DNA from: Candidatus Woesearchaeota archaeon
GTDB taxonomy: Archaea; Nanobdellota; Nanobdellia; Pacearchaeales; GW2011-AR1
Length of the DNA: 64,000 nucleotides
Reading direction: 5' to 3'
Assembly: GCA_964518625.1 (NCBI GenBank)
Contig: CAZFHC010000002.1
Coordinates: 176 to 64,175 of the forward strand
Shown here piece by piece: positions 53,540-62,579 of the stretch (the first letter of the stretch is position 1; the number at the start of each line of letters is the position of its first letter). Under the pieces are notes generated by a model. That model was given only the letters and a program-made list of their open reading frames with translations, made no database searches and had not been told where the DNA came from. A program made the translations under genes and the position numbers.

Positions 53540-54685
53540 CTAAATACCCAAATCTGTCTCATTTCCACTCACCATATCTTTAACCTTGAATCTTCCACTC
53601 TTAACTTCTTCATCACCAACAAAAACGACCTTTCCAACACCTTTAGAATTTGCATATTCCATAGCCTTTTTGATTGTTTTATCAAGCATCAATTGAACAG
53701 AATTTTCATTCTCTCGCAACTTCTTAGCGAGTCTAACAGACTCTTTGTCTTGACCAATAGAAATGATCATATAATCAGTAGAATCTCCATTAACATCAGA
53801 AATCAAAAAAATTGGTTCCAAACCAAAGGCAACACCACAAGCTTGAACATCACCAATTAAGTAACTTCCACCACCACCAATACTAACATTAATATCTTTA
53901 CTCCATAATTCAAAAACAGTCCCATTATAATAACTAAGTCCACGAGCAAGTGTTGGATTAAATTCAATATCAAAACCATAATAATTCTTACAAATATTCT
54001 TCAATTCTCTAACTTCCTCATAAAACTTAAACTTTTCAAAATATTCTTCACCTTTATCAAATTTATCCAATAATTTTTCAGCACCCAAAGGTTTTAAATT
54101 AAAAGCAACTTCGGCCTTAGTCAATTTATCAAGTTTGTCAAGTTCCCTAATAACTTGCTCACGATTTCTTTCCTCAATATTTTCACTCACAAGGATTTGA
54201 TTCAATAATTTTCTATTATTAAAATAAATGACACTATCAATATTCAAATTATTCAAAATATTTTTAGCAACAGCCATAATTTCAGCTTCGTCTTTAGGAC
54301 CAGCACCAACAATATCACAATCACATTGAATAAATTGTCTTAACCTTCCTTTTTTAATTGGCTCATCTCTAAAATTATAACCAATCTGGTATCTCTTATA
54401 TGGCAACTTCTGACCCTTAGCAATTCTTTTTAATTGAAAAGTAAATTCATATCTTAAAGCAAGATCTCTTTTTGCCCTATCTTTTAATCTATAAACATCA
54501 CGAACAGCTTCATCATTAGAATTACCACCACTGACAAAATTTTCGAATTCAACAATTGGTGTTTCAGCAGGCTCAAAACCAAAAGAGTTAAACTCGTCCT
54601 CTATAATACGTTTAATTTTAACTCTTTTTCTAGCTTCATCGCCCAAGAAATCTCGAAACCCCTTAACTGTTTCAGTTTTTACCAT
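53540..54685 (-). CDS. hisS: histidyl-tRNA synthetase (class II)
   Basis: MVKTETVKGFRDFLGDEA.., ..YRLKDRAKRDLALRYEFT.., ..RQFIQCDCDIVG.., motif 3 ..LARGLSYYNGTVFE.. ATG 54685 chosen because the track start at 54745 lies inside tRNA-His. Confidence 0.9.
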   Translation of the reverse strand: MVKTETVKGFRDFLGDEARKRVKIKRIIEDEFNSFGFEPAETPIVEFENFVSGGNSNDEAVRDVYRLKDRAKRDLALRYEFTFQLKRIAKGQKLPYKRYQIGYNFRDEPIKKGRLRQFIQCDCDIVGAGPKDEAEIMAVAKNILNNLNIDSVIYFNNRKLLNQILVSENIEERNREQVIRELDKLDKLTKAEVAFNLKPLGAEKLLDKFDKGEEYFEKFKFYEEVRELKNICKNYYGFDIEFNPTLARGLSYYNGTVFELWSKDINVSIGGGGSYLIGDVQACGVAFGLEPIFLISDVNGDSTDYMIISIGQDKESVRLAKKLRENENSVQLMLDKTIKKAMEYANSKGVGKVVFVGDEEVKSGRFKVKDMVSGNETDLGI

Positions 54686-54696
54686 GTTAATGAAAG

Positions 54697-54768
54697 GGTG
54701 GAAGCCGAGAATCGGACTCGGGTCGCACGGACCACAACCGCGCATTCTACCACTAAACTACAACCACC
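54697..54768 (-). tRNA. tRNA-His (GUG) with encoded G-1
   Basis: G-1:C73, acceptor GTGGTTG/CTTCCAC (U-U oppositions at 5:68 and 6:67), CGCGG-TTGTGGT-CCGTG anticodon arm, T arm CCGAG-TCCGATT-CTCGG (C at 55). The 3' end lies 11 nt before the hisS ATG. Confidence 0.8.
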
Positions 54769-55087
54769 ATTAATATTTAATTCAAAGAAGTTCGGTATAA
54801 AAAGATTTTGATTAGAGTTACAACTAGAAAATTCATTTCTAATGATGCCGAAAACTCCAATCATTTTCCATAAATATAAAAGTTAAATTAAGATTAAAAG
54901 GGTTTGGGTAAAAAAAAGTTTTCCCAAAGATGGTAAAATTTCATATATTACAAAAGTATACGATAAATAGTTCCAGAGTTAAATTAATATTATTTACATA
55001 TAAACGAATATCCAAAGAAGTCTCTAATATATTTTTTATTTTACTCAAACATTAAATTTAAAAGGATAAAAGAAATATTCATAATAT

Positions 55088-55158
55088 GGCCCGGTAGGCT
55101 AATGGTAGACCTTCTCGTTTACACCGAGATAGCAGAGGTTCGATCCCTCTTCGGGCCA
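55088..55158 (+). tRNA. tRNA-Val (UAC)
   Basis: GGCCCGG/TCGGGCC acceptor, TCTCG-TTTACAC-CGAGA anticodon arm, AGAGG-TTCGATC-CCTCT T arm. Weak D stem (GGCT/GACC with a C-A opposition). 71 nt. Confidence 0.8.
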
Positions 55159-55244
55159 TTAGAATTTATTTTTAACATAAAATTTAAAAGAATTTCTTAA
55201 AATACATCTCATAAAATTAATTACTAAAAATCAAAATTTTATTT

Positions 55245-55568
55245 TCAATCTCTCTCATCACCACGAGAAACCTTACCACACTTAACACACTTATAGAATC
55301 TAGTTTCAGGTTCATCACCAGCTCTCATTTGTCTCATCCAAAAATAAGCTTTCTTACTATTACATTTAGGGTTAGGACAATCAAAACTAGTAACAGGATT
55401 GATTTTTTCCTCTTCATCCTTATCAATGACAGCTACATTAATATTTTCATTAATTTCTTCCTTAATTTCCATATTAATTTCTTCCTTAGTAGAATAGCTA
55501 CATCTAGGGCAACCAAAGTTTTTTTGCTTCATCATAAGAATCGCACCACATTTTGGACAAAATTGCAT
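55245..55568 (-). CDS. tfs: transcription factor S (TFS) / RNAP subunit M-type Zn-ribbon protein
   Basis: N-terminal ribbon MQFCPKCGA..CPRC. C-terminal TFIIS-type ribbon CPNPKC..AYFWMRQMRAGDEPETRFYKCVKCG. Confidence 0.88.
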   Translation of the reverse strand: MQFCPKCGAILMMKQKNFGCPRCSYSTKEEINMEIKEEINENINVAVIDKDEEEKINPVTSFDCPNPKCNSKKAYFWMRQMRAGDEPETRFYKCVKCGKVSRGDERD

Positions 55569-55657
55569 AGCTACAATAAAAAATATGTATATTTAAATCT
55601 TGTGATTGTTTGAATACATGAAATAGTATACTTATTTCACAGAATAAGAATGAAAAA

Positions 55658-55765
<108 letters not shown>

Positions 55766-55785
55766 AATATTATTAGATTTTTACC

Positions 55786-55793
55786 ATTTAAAA
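55786..55793 (-). promoter_or_regulatory. TATA-like box (TTTTAAAT) upstream of 5S rRNA
   Basis: Lies at about -28..-21 from the inferred 5S 5' end. Confidence 0.35.
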
Positions 55794-55950
55794 GACTTTG
55801 GGTTAAGGCAGTAGTTAATAATAATTTATAGTACAATATAAGGAGTGTAAATATTTTTTAAAATAAAATTTAAAAGATCGATTTGGAAGTTAAAAAAATA
55901 TTCTAAAATAGAATAAGAGTCAAACAGAAATTATATAATATGCAAAAAAT

Positions 55951-56148
55951 CTAATACTTCTTGAATTTATTAATCAAAGGTAATACATCAGAATGTCCTA
56001 AAAATTGTGCTCTACAACACATTCTAGTAATTTCAAGTTCATCTAAAGCTTCCTTTGGAGTTTTCCCTTCCTTAACTAGTTTTTTATACTTCTCATATAA
56101 GTGAGCAAAGGGCTTTCCACAACTAAAACATCTAATTGGAATTATCAT
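55951..56148 (-). CDS. rpoN: DNA-directed RNA polymerase subunit N (Rpo10)
   Basis: MIIPIRCFSCGKPFAHLYEKY...LDELEITRMCCRAQFLGH.. is typical of Rpb10/RpoN. Confidence 0.92.
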   Translation of the reverse strand: MIIPIRCFSCGKPFAHLYEKYKKLVKEGKTPKEALDELEITRMCCRAQFLGHSDVLPLINKFKKY

Positions 56149-56222
56149 AAAATGAAATCGAAATTTTACTTTATAAGGTTTGCTATTAAAATGACTAAGT
56201 CCAAAACTTCTAAAGATTAGAA

Positions 56223-57509
56223 TTAAACCATTTTCTCAATCTTCTCTAACCCATTCATGTAGGGTTGCAAAACTGTAGGAATATTAATAGATCCATCTTC
56301 GTTTTGGTTATTTTCTAGAATTGCAACTAATGCTCTAGAAGTCGCAATTACTGTATTATTCAAAGTATGAGCAAAATATGTCTTTCCACCTTTGTCAATC
56401 TTAATACCAAGTCTTCTAGCCTGAGCTTCTTCCATATTTGTTAGACTAGTAACTTCAAAATATTCCTTTCTACGAGGACTCCAACATTCCAAATCACAAC
56501 TTTTAGCTTTCAAATCAGCTAAATCTCCAGAACAACACTCTAAAACTCTAAATGGAATTTCTAAAGATTTAAACAATTCAATAGAATATGAAAGCATTTC
56601 ATCATACCACTTATAAGAATCACTAGGCTCACAAATAACAATCATTTCTTGTTTGTTAAATTGATGTGTTCGATAGATGCCTTTCTCATCAATACCATGA
56701 GAACCAATTTCTTTCCTAAAACACATAGAATAACCAGTCTGTTTAATAGGCATTTTATTTCCATTTAAAGTCTTACCAATAAACTGAGCAATCAAAGGAT
56801 GTTCGCTAGTAGCAATCATATAAAGGTCTTCACCCTCAATTTTATATCCCATAGCTTCAATCTCATCAGTAGAGTAAACAGCATCTAAAACACTTCGCCT
56901 AATCATTAAAGGTGTTTCAACATACATAAAATTCTTTTTTAACATAAAATTTCTAGCATAATTAATCAAAGCCATATTCAACAAAGCTAGTTCACCCTTC
57001 ATAAAATAGAATCCTTTCCCAGCAACATCAGCAGAAGTTTCAAAATCTAATAGACCTAATTCTTCACCTAATTCAGCATGACTCTTAACCTCAAAATTCA
57101 TTTCTTTTGGTTTCCCGAATCTCTCAACTTCAACATTCTCAGAATCATCCTTTCCAATAGGAACAGAACTATGAATAATATTAGGAATTTTCATCATAAC
57201 TTTTTTAATTTTAATCTCTAATTCCTTTTCCTTAGTCGCAGAACCTTCAATTTTATTACCAATAGTTTTAGCTTCCTTAATCTTCGTTTTAGCCTCATCT
57301 TTCTTCTTACTTTTCATCAAGAAATTAATTTCCTGACTAATTTTATTTCTCTTAGCTCGCAAATCATCAGCCGTTTTTCTCTCAGAACGCCACTTACTAT
57401 CCAGCTCAATAACCTTATCAACAAGAACTATTTTGTCTTTCTGAAATCTTTTTTTAATATTCTCCCTGACTAAAACAGGTGTCTCACGAATTAATTTAAT
57501 ATCTATCAT
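56223..57509 (-). CDS. serS: seryl-tRNA synthetase
   Basis: ATG 57509. MIDIKLIRE.. followed by a coiled-coil arm. Class II core ..FRKEIGSHG.D..GIYRTHQF.K.E.. and ..YFAHTLNNTVIATSRALVAILEN.. Confidence 0.93.
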   Translation of the reverse strand: MIDIKLIRETPVLVRENIKKRFQKDKIVLVDKVIELDSKWRSERKTADDLRAKRNKISQEINFLMKSKKKDEAKTKIKEAKTIGNKIEGSATKEKELEIKIKKVMMKIPNIIHSSVPIGKDDSENVEVERFGKPKEMNFEVKSHAELGEELGLLDFETSADVAGKGFYFMKGELALLNMALINYARNFMLKKNFMYVETPLMIRRSVLDAVYSTDEIEAMGYKIEGEDLYMIATSEHPLIAQFIGKTLNGNKMPIKQTGYSMCFRKEIGSHGIDEKGIYRTHQFNKQEMIVICEPSDSYKWYDEMLSYSIELFKSLEIPFRVLECCSGDLADLKAKSCDLECWSPRRKEYFEVTSLTNMEEAQARRLGIKIDKGGKTYFAHTLNNTVIATSRALVAILENNQNEDGSINIPTVLQPYMNGLEKIEKMV

Positions 57510-57582
57510 ACATAAACAACAAAAAACCATTATTTAAAATTTACGTAACAAAATTTATTAATCAAAAACTACCATTTTTTCA

Positions 57583-58296
57583 ATGGAAGAAAAAGATTTG
57601 ATAAACAGAATAAAAAAATCATTCAAAAAACAAATCCCAAGATCAGAAATAACAAAACGCCTACAAAAAAGAGGATATAAAATAGAATATATTGACAAAT
57701 TAATTCTAAAAGCAAAAGCACCTCAAAAAAAAATAATATCAATATTTGTTATCGCAATATTTCTAATCTTCAATATGGGATCGGTATACGTAACACTACA
57801 CTCACTAGACAAACACCAAACAAAAGAAATTGATATAGCATCGTCCCCAATACCCAATAATATTCAAAATCAGAATCCACAAGAATTATTCTCAGAATCA
57901 CAAATAAAAGGGAATGAACTTCCAGAACAGACAACACTAAAAGAGATAATTAACGAAGAATTTATAACAAATACACTTGTAAGTCTAAATCTAGGTAGCT
58001 ACTTACATAAACATCCACTAACTCAAGAACCAGCAATCGTAGCATTTAAGATAGATAATCAAACATTCTATTCAGAAATAAACAAGGCAATTGTAACAAA
58101 AACAAAAACCAATAAAGAAGAAGATATTCTAATAATAACAACAGAAAAAATAATTATTAAATCTCAGAAATCACCATCACCAACAAATACATTAAAAGAA
58201 TCAATTAACCAAGGAACGACACAAATAGAAATGAAAGCCAGTGAAGGTGAATTGTTTGCAAAAGGTTATTTGTCTTTTTATAACAATCTTCAATAA
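57583..58296 (+). CDS. hypothetical single-pass membrane protein
   Basis: Basic N-terminal region, TM IISIFVIAIFLIFNMGSVYV, extracytoplasmic C-terminal domain. Unrecognised. Confidence 0.5.
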   Translation: MEEKDLINRIKKSFKKQIPRSEITKRLQKRGYKIEYIDKLILKAKAPQKKIISIFVIAIFLIFNMGSVYVTLHSLDKHQTKEIDIASSPIPNNIQNQNPQELFSESQIKGNELPEQTTLKEIINEEFITNTLVSLNLGSYLHKHPLTQEPAIVAFKIDNQTFYSEINKAIVTKTKTNKEEDILIITTEKIIIKSQKSPSPTNTLKESINQGTTQIEMKASEGELFAKGYLSFYNNLQ

Positions 58297-58426
58297 TAAT
58301 TTTAGAATAGAAACACCAAGTTATCCAACAAAGTTACAACACTCTGTTGAAATTAAAAAGTTAAAATAAAGATTATTAAAAAAAAGGAACCTCTCAATAA
58401 TATAAAAATCAAGTATACCGAATGTA

Positions 58427-58454
58427 TCTACTAAACACGGACGATTTTAGTAGA
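58427..58454. promoter_or_regulatory. 9-bp inverted repeat (TCTACTAAA-N10-TTTAGTAGA) next to a palindromic TATA-like element; candidate operator of the downstream wHTH gene
   Basis: The inverted repeat at 58427-35 / 58446-54 is followed by GCTTATAAGC (58459-68), about 50 nt upstream of ATG 58515. Confidence 0.35.
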
Positions 58455-58514
58455 CAAAGCTTATAAGCAAATTAAAACTTGAACATATACATTAAATAGT
58501 ATATAATAAACAAT

Positions 58515-58781
58515 ATGGAAAAAAACTTTGATTTGTTCTTTAGAAGAAAGCCAGCGATGATGTTGATTGCTTTGAAGAAAGTAAGTAGAGCTAAATATGG
58601 TTCTCAATTAGCAAAAGAAGTAGATTGTACATATTCTCATGCTGTAAAAATTTTACAAACATTAGAAGAACTTGGACTTGTTTCCTTTGAAAAGAAGGGA
58701 AGAATCAAGATAATTAATCTGACAAAAAAAGGTACTGATGTAGCGATTCATATAGAAGCAATAAAAAATATAGTTGAATAA
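58515..58781 (+). CDS. small winged-helix transcriptional regulator
   Basis: 88 aa. ..YGSQLAKEVDCTYSHAVKILQTLEELGLVSFEKKGRIKIINLTKKG.. fits HTH plus wing. Confidence 0.6.
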   Translation: MEKNFDLFFRRKPAMMLIALKKVSRAKYGSQLAKEVDCTYSHAVKILQTLEELGLVSFEKKGRIKIINLTKKGTDVAIHIEAIKNIVE

Positions 58782-58828
58782 GTCTAACCAAACTTTTTTA
58801 AATCGTTATCTATACTAATAATTATAAT

Positions 58829-58902
58829 GACCTCGTAGCTCAGCCTGGTAGAGCACTAGGCTCTTAACCTAGGTGTCGCGGGTTCAAATCCCGTCGAGGT
58901 CA
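58829..58902 (+). tRNA. tRNA-Lys (CUU)
   Basis: GACCTCG/CGAGGTC acceptor, GCTC/GAGC D stem, CTAGG-CTCTTAA-CCTAG anticodon arm, GCGGG-TTCAAAT-CCCGT T arm. T-run downstream. Confidence 0.9.
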
Positions 58903-58993
58903 TTTATTTTTTATAATTTTACAAAGTAAATTAAATTGTTTTAAATTAAAATTTCTCCAACAAACATAAAAACTATTTTTACTTTAATAATTC

Positions 58994-59602
58994 ATGATAA
59001 CTCAATCTCAAGCCTTAAAACAAATTAGATATCTACAAAAATTAAATCCAAAAGATTTACGATTAGCGGGCGAATCTTGGCCAACAGAATGGCAAACACT
59101 AATTGCTATTATGCTTTCAGCACAAACACGAGATGTAAAAACGATCGAAGTAGTAACTCCGCTGTTCAAAAAATATCCAACGCCACAAAAATTAGGAAAA
59201 GAAAAATTGGATAAAATAGAACAAGAAATAAAATCAATTAATTATTATAAAACAAAAGCAAAGCACATAAAAGAAACATCACAAATTTTATCAAAAATTA
59301 AAATGCCAGAAACAATAGATAAACTAATAGAATTACCAGGTGTAGGAAGAAAAACAGCAAATGTATTTTTATCAGAGACAGGCAAAGCACCAGCAATAGG
59401 CGTTGACACCCATGTATTTCGAATTTCTCATAAATTAGGGTGGGTAGAATCAAAGAATAGAGATAAAGTGGAAGAAGAACTAAAACAATTATTTTCTAAA
59501 AAATATTGGAATAAAATTAATACCACTTTAGTAAAATTCGGACAAACTTTTGGACGAAGCTCAAAACAAGAAGACGAAATACTCGCTAAAATAAGAGTTT
59601 AG
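58994..59602 (+). CDS. nth: endonuclease III-like HhH-GPD DNA glycosylase lacking the C-terminal Fe-S cluster cysteines
   Basis: HhH LIELPGVGRKTANVFL (catalytic Lys present) and GVDTHVFRISHKLG (Asp present). The C-terminal ..LVKFGQTFGRSSKQEDEIL.. has no Cys where Nth has Cx6Cx2Cx5C. Confidence 0.8.
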   Translation: MITQSQALKQIRYLQKLNPKDLRLAGESWPTEWQTLIAIMLSAQTRDVKTIEVVTPLFKKYPTPQKLGKEKLDKIEQEIKSINYYKTKAKHIKETSQILSKIKMPETIDKLIELPGVGRKTANVFLSETGKAPAIGVDTHVFRISHKLGWVESKNRDKVEEELKQLFSKKYWNKINTTLVKFGQTFGRSSKQEDEILAKIRV

Positions 59603-59845
59603 TAATATAATTTATTTAAAGATTAGAACCAATCTAAATATAAAATCCGACGGAGATTTAATAAAAGTAAATAAAAAAATTGACAAAATTATAAACATAG
59701 ATAATATATTTCAAGCAGTTTCTCTTAGACATAATAATAAATAATGCAACTCTTCTCAAATATATCTTAAAAAACACAAGAACTTTTAAAGAATAATCAC
59801 CCAAAAAGATTAGGAACTGAAAGGAGGTTTAAAAAAAAGAGAAAA

Positions 59846-60928
59846 ATGCCACTTGATTTTGCAAAAGAAGCTATCGATAATGTAGAAGCTAATAGTATTA
59901 ACTTTAACGATTTAAGAGCAGGGAAAGCAAACATTAAGGTTTTTGGTTGTGGTGGTTGTGGTTGTAATATGGCAACATGGCTATTCAACAAAGGAATTAA
60001 TGGAGCAACTGTTTATGGTGTTAACACTGACGCACTTCACTTGTCTATAACTAAGACTGATGAGAAAATTCTAATAGGTAAAGAATTAACAAGAGGACTT
60101 GGTTGTGGAGGATATCCAAAGCGAGGAAGAGAGGCTGCAAAAGAATCTCTAACTGACCTAAAAAAAGCTGTAACGAATTCGGATATGGTTTTTGTTTTGG
60201 CTGGTATGGGAGGAGGAACCGGAACCGGTTGCATACCTGTAGTTGCTCAACTAGCTAAGGAATCTGGATCAGTAGTTATCGCCGTTGTTACAATGCCTTT
60301 CGAGGCAGAAAAAGCAAGAATTGACAAAGCAGAGTTTGGACTTCAAGAATTAAGAGAAACAGTTGATACTGTAATCGTTCTTGATAACAACAGATTAGTT
60401 GATATTGCTGGACAACTTCCAATGGAACAAGCTTTCGCAGTAGCAAATGAATTAGTATCAACAATGATTAAAGGTATTGTAGAAACAATTACATTACCAT
60501 CATTAATCAACCTAGATTATGCAGACGTATCTTCAATTATGAGAAATGGAGATGTTGCCGTAATAGGTATTGGTGAAGATAATTCAAATGCTAAAGTAGA
60601 TGCAGCTGTTCAACAGGCTTTAACTCACCCACTATTAGATGTAGATTATAGAGGTGCTACTGGTGCCCTAATCCATGTTACATGTGGACCAGATTTAAAG
60701 TTAGAAGAGTTTGATACAATCGGTCGTTTAGTCACAGAAAACTTGAGCCCAGAGGCACAAGTAATCATAGGAGCAAGAGTTAACAAGGAATTCCAAGGCA
60801 GAGTAAGAGTTATTACAATTATGACAGGAGTAAAATCTCCATACATATTAGGTAAAAACAAATCTTATTTTGAAGAGGAAAATAAAGTAACTGTTAACGA
60901 CCTTGGTCTAGACGATTTAAGTTATTAA
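59846..60928 (+). CDS. ftsZ: cell division protein FtsZ
   Basis: IKVFGCGGCGCN (T1 loop), tubulin signature GMGGGTGTG, ..VVTMPFEAE.. AAGGAGGT at 59821-28 upstream. Confidence 0.93.
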   Translation: MPLDFAKEAIDNVEANSINFNDLRAGKANIKVFGCGGCGCNMATWLFNKGINGATVYGVNTDALHLSITKTDEKILIGKELTRGLGCGGYPKRGREAAKESLTDLKKAVTNSDMVFVLAGMGGGTGTGCIPVVAQLAKESGSVVIAVVTMPFEAEKARIDKAEFGLQELRETVDTVIVLDNNRLVDIAGQLPMEQAFAVANELVSTMIKGIVETITLPSLINLDYADVSSIMRNGDVAVIGIGEDNSNAKVDAAVQQALTHPLLDVDYRGATGALIHVTCGPDLKLEEFDTIGRLVTENLSPEAQVIIGARVNKEFQGRVRVITIMTGVKSPYILGKNKSYFEEENKVTVNDLGLDDLSY

Positions 60929-60941
60929 ATTAATTAACCAT

Positions 60942-60994
60942 AGCCCATTTTGGGCTTTTTTTTATTTTTTTATTTTTTTATTTTTTTATTTTTC
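60942..60994 (+). terminator. GC hairpin (AGCCCA-ttt-TGGGCT) followed by reiterated T7-8A tracts
   Basis: Stem 60942-47 / 60951-56, then T-runs to about 60994, directly after the ftsZ stop. Confidence 0.65.
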
Positions 60995-61082
60995 TTCATA
61001 ATATTTTTAATATAGAATAAAATAAAGTATCACTACAAACAGTAAAATATATCAAATAAATTCAATAACATAAAAATAAAAT

Positions 61083-61652
61083 CTAACTCCAATCAGACCT
61101 AACTCTAGTTTGTGGAGTCAATTCTTTAAGATTCCACTCATTAAAAAATACGACATTATCCATTGCAGTCTTCTTCTTTTGCTTAGCAAAACTATTCTTT
61201 GCTTCAATCCCAATAGGGAAAACACCCTCAATAGTCATCTCATTAGGAATCTCCAAAACTTCTTTAATTTGTTCCTCAACAAAATAACCAACCCAAGAAG
61301 TCGCAAGCTTTTGATCAGTCAATGCAAGTAAAAAATTCTCAATTGCAGCACCAGACTCTTGTGCCATATAACGATAAGCTTTCTCTCCATAACTTCTTTT
61401 TAATTTTAAAGGATCACTAACAATAACAACAATGTAAGGAGCTTTCTTTACAAAACTTTGTTGTGTTGCCTGTGCGATTTTCTCAATAGTGTCAGGTTTA
61501 CTAATAAAAAGATATTTCAAAGCAGTCTGATTACCAGCAGATGGACCTAATCTAGCAATATTAATTGCTTTCATTATTTTTCTCCAATCAGGAGTCTTCA
61601 GAGAAAATTTCTTAACGCTCTTTCTCTCCTCAGCAACTCTTCTAAAATCCAT
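61083..61652 (-). CDS. nitroreductase family protein
   Basis: ATG 61652. ..ERKSVKKFS..I..AINIARLGPSAGNQTALKYLFI.. is the typical N-terminal nitroreductase pattern. Confidence 0.8.
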   Translation of the reverse strand: MDFRRVAEERKSVKKFSLKTPDWRKIMKAINIARLGPSAGNQTALKYLFISKPDTIEKIAQATQQSFVKKAPYIVVIVSDPLKLKRSYGEKAYRYMAQESGAAIENFLLALTDQKLATSWVGYFVEEQIKEVLEIPNEMTIEGVFPIGIEAKNSFAKQKKKTAMDNVVFFNEWNLKELTPQTRVRSDWS

Positions 61653-61696
61653 AAAAAAGAAAAACATTCATACTATAAAAATCTTATCTTAATAAT

Positions 61697-61990
61697 CTAA
61701 CTAAAAGAACAGACAGGAACACATTGCATCGTACATAAATCAGCACCACTATGCCTACAAGCAGAAGTACACCCATTAAACAATCCTCCAAGTTCTAAAC
61801 ATCTTTCCTTAGACAAATACTCACACTCATTAAAATCTTCTAACCATTTCCCACCAGATTGGATACAATCTTCATCAATAGAGAAAGCTTTTTCATCATT
61901 TAGAACTAGAAAAAACAAAGATCCTCCAATGATAATAATTATAGATATAATAAACAAAAGTAATTTTACTGTTCTTTTACTGTCTTTCAT
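61697..61990 (-). CDS. small secreted or anchored cysteine-rich protein
   Basis: 97 aa. N-terminal TM LLLFIISIIIIIGGSLFFLV, then 10 Cys in about 65 aa. Unrecognised. Confidence 0.5.
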   Translation of the reverse strand: MKDSKRTVKLLLFIISIIIIIGGSLFFLVLNDEKAFSIDEDCIQSGGKWLEDFNECEYLSKERCLELGGLFNGCTSACRHSGADLCTMQCVPVCSFS

Positions 61991-62065
61991 AAAAGAGAGA
62001 GTAATTTAATCTTTATAAAAATAACTTTATAAAATCTAAAGAACTACAACAATAAGGAGGAAAAA

Positions 62066-62227
62066 ATGACAAAAGTAAATCAAGATAAATGTATAGGATG
62101 TGGAGCTTGTGCAGCAATGTGTCCAGATGGATTTGAGATAAAAGGTGGAAAAGCACAAGTAAAAAATGAATCAGCTTGTTCAAAAGATGCAATCTCAATA
62201 TGCCCAGTAAATGCAATAACTGCATAA
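62066..62227 (+). CDS. small [4Fe-4S]/[3Fe-4S] ferredoxin (single-cluster type)
   Basis: 53-aa ORF absent from the track: MTKVNQDKCIGCGACAAMCPDGFEIKGGKAQVKNESACSKDAISICPVNAITA (CxxCxxCxxxCP ... CP). AAGGAGG at 62054-60. Confidence 0.8.
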   Translation: MTKVNQDKCIGCGACAAMCPDGFEIKGGKAQVKNESACSKDAISICPVNAITA

Positions 62228-62278
62228 TATAGTTTTAGTTACCAAAAGCCTTAAGAAATTATATGACAATATCTTCAT

Positions 62279-62578
62279 ATGACAACAAGAGCTTACTATA
62301 TATTTTTCAGTATTCTAGCTAATAAATTAAGAATGGATATAGTTACAACACTAAAAGAATGTCCAAAAAATGTGAGTGAAATATCAACATTACTAAATGT
62401 AGAACAAAGTAAAATTTCTCATGCACTAAAATCATTAAAAGGCTGTAATATTGTAACAGTAAAACAAAAAGGAAAGCAGAGAATTTACTCACTAAATAAA
62501 AAAACAATATTCCCGATATTGAAATTAATAGACAAACATGCAAAAACATACTGTCAAGATAAATGCTGTAACAAATAA
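62279..62578 (+). CDS. ArsR/SmtB-family transcriptional regulator with C-terminal Cys cluster
   Basis: ..LANKLRMDIVTTLKECPKNVSEISTLLNVEQSKISHALKSLKGCNIVTVKQKGKQRIYSLN.. The tail is ..YCQDKCCNK. Confidence 0.8.
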   Translation: MTTRAYYIFFSILANKLRMDIVTTLKECPKNVSEISTLLNVEQSKISHALKSLKGCNIVTVKQKGKQRIYSLNKKTIFPILKLIDKHAKTYCQDKCCNK

Positions 62579-62579
62579 A

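Noticed and set aside
54686-54864. N-terminal extension of hisS to 54745, and the 61-aa ORF 54679-54864
   Set aside because: Both read through tRNA-His. The HisRS N-terminus is complete from ATG 54685.
60956-60994. Reiterated TTTTTTTA units after ftsZ: microsatellite or CRISPR-like?
   Set aside because: The 8-bp T-rich units have no spacers. They are best explained as an oligo-T terminator tract following the GC hairpin.
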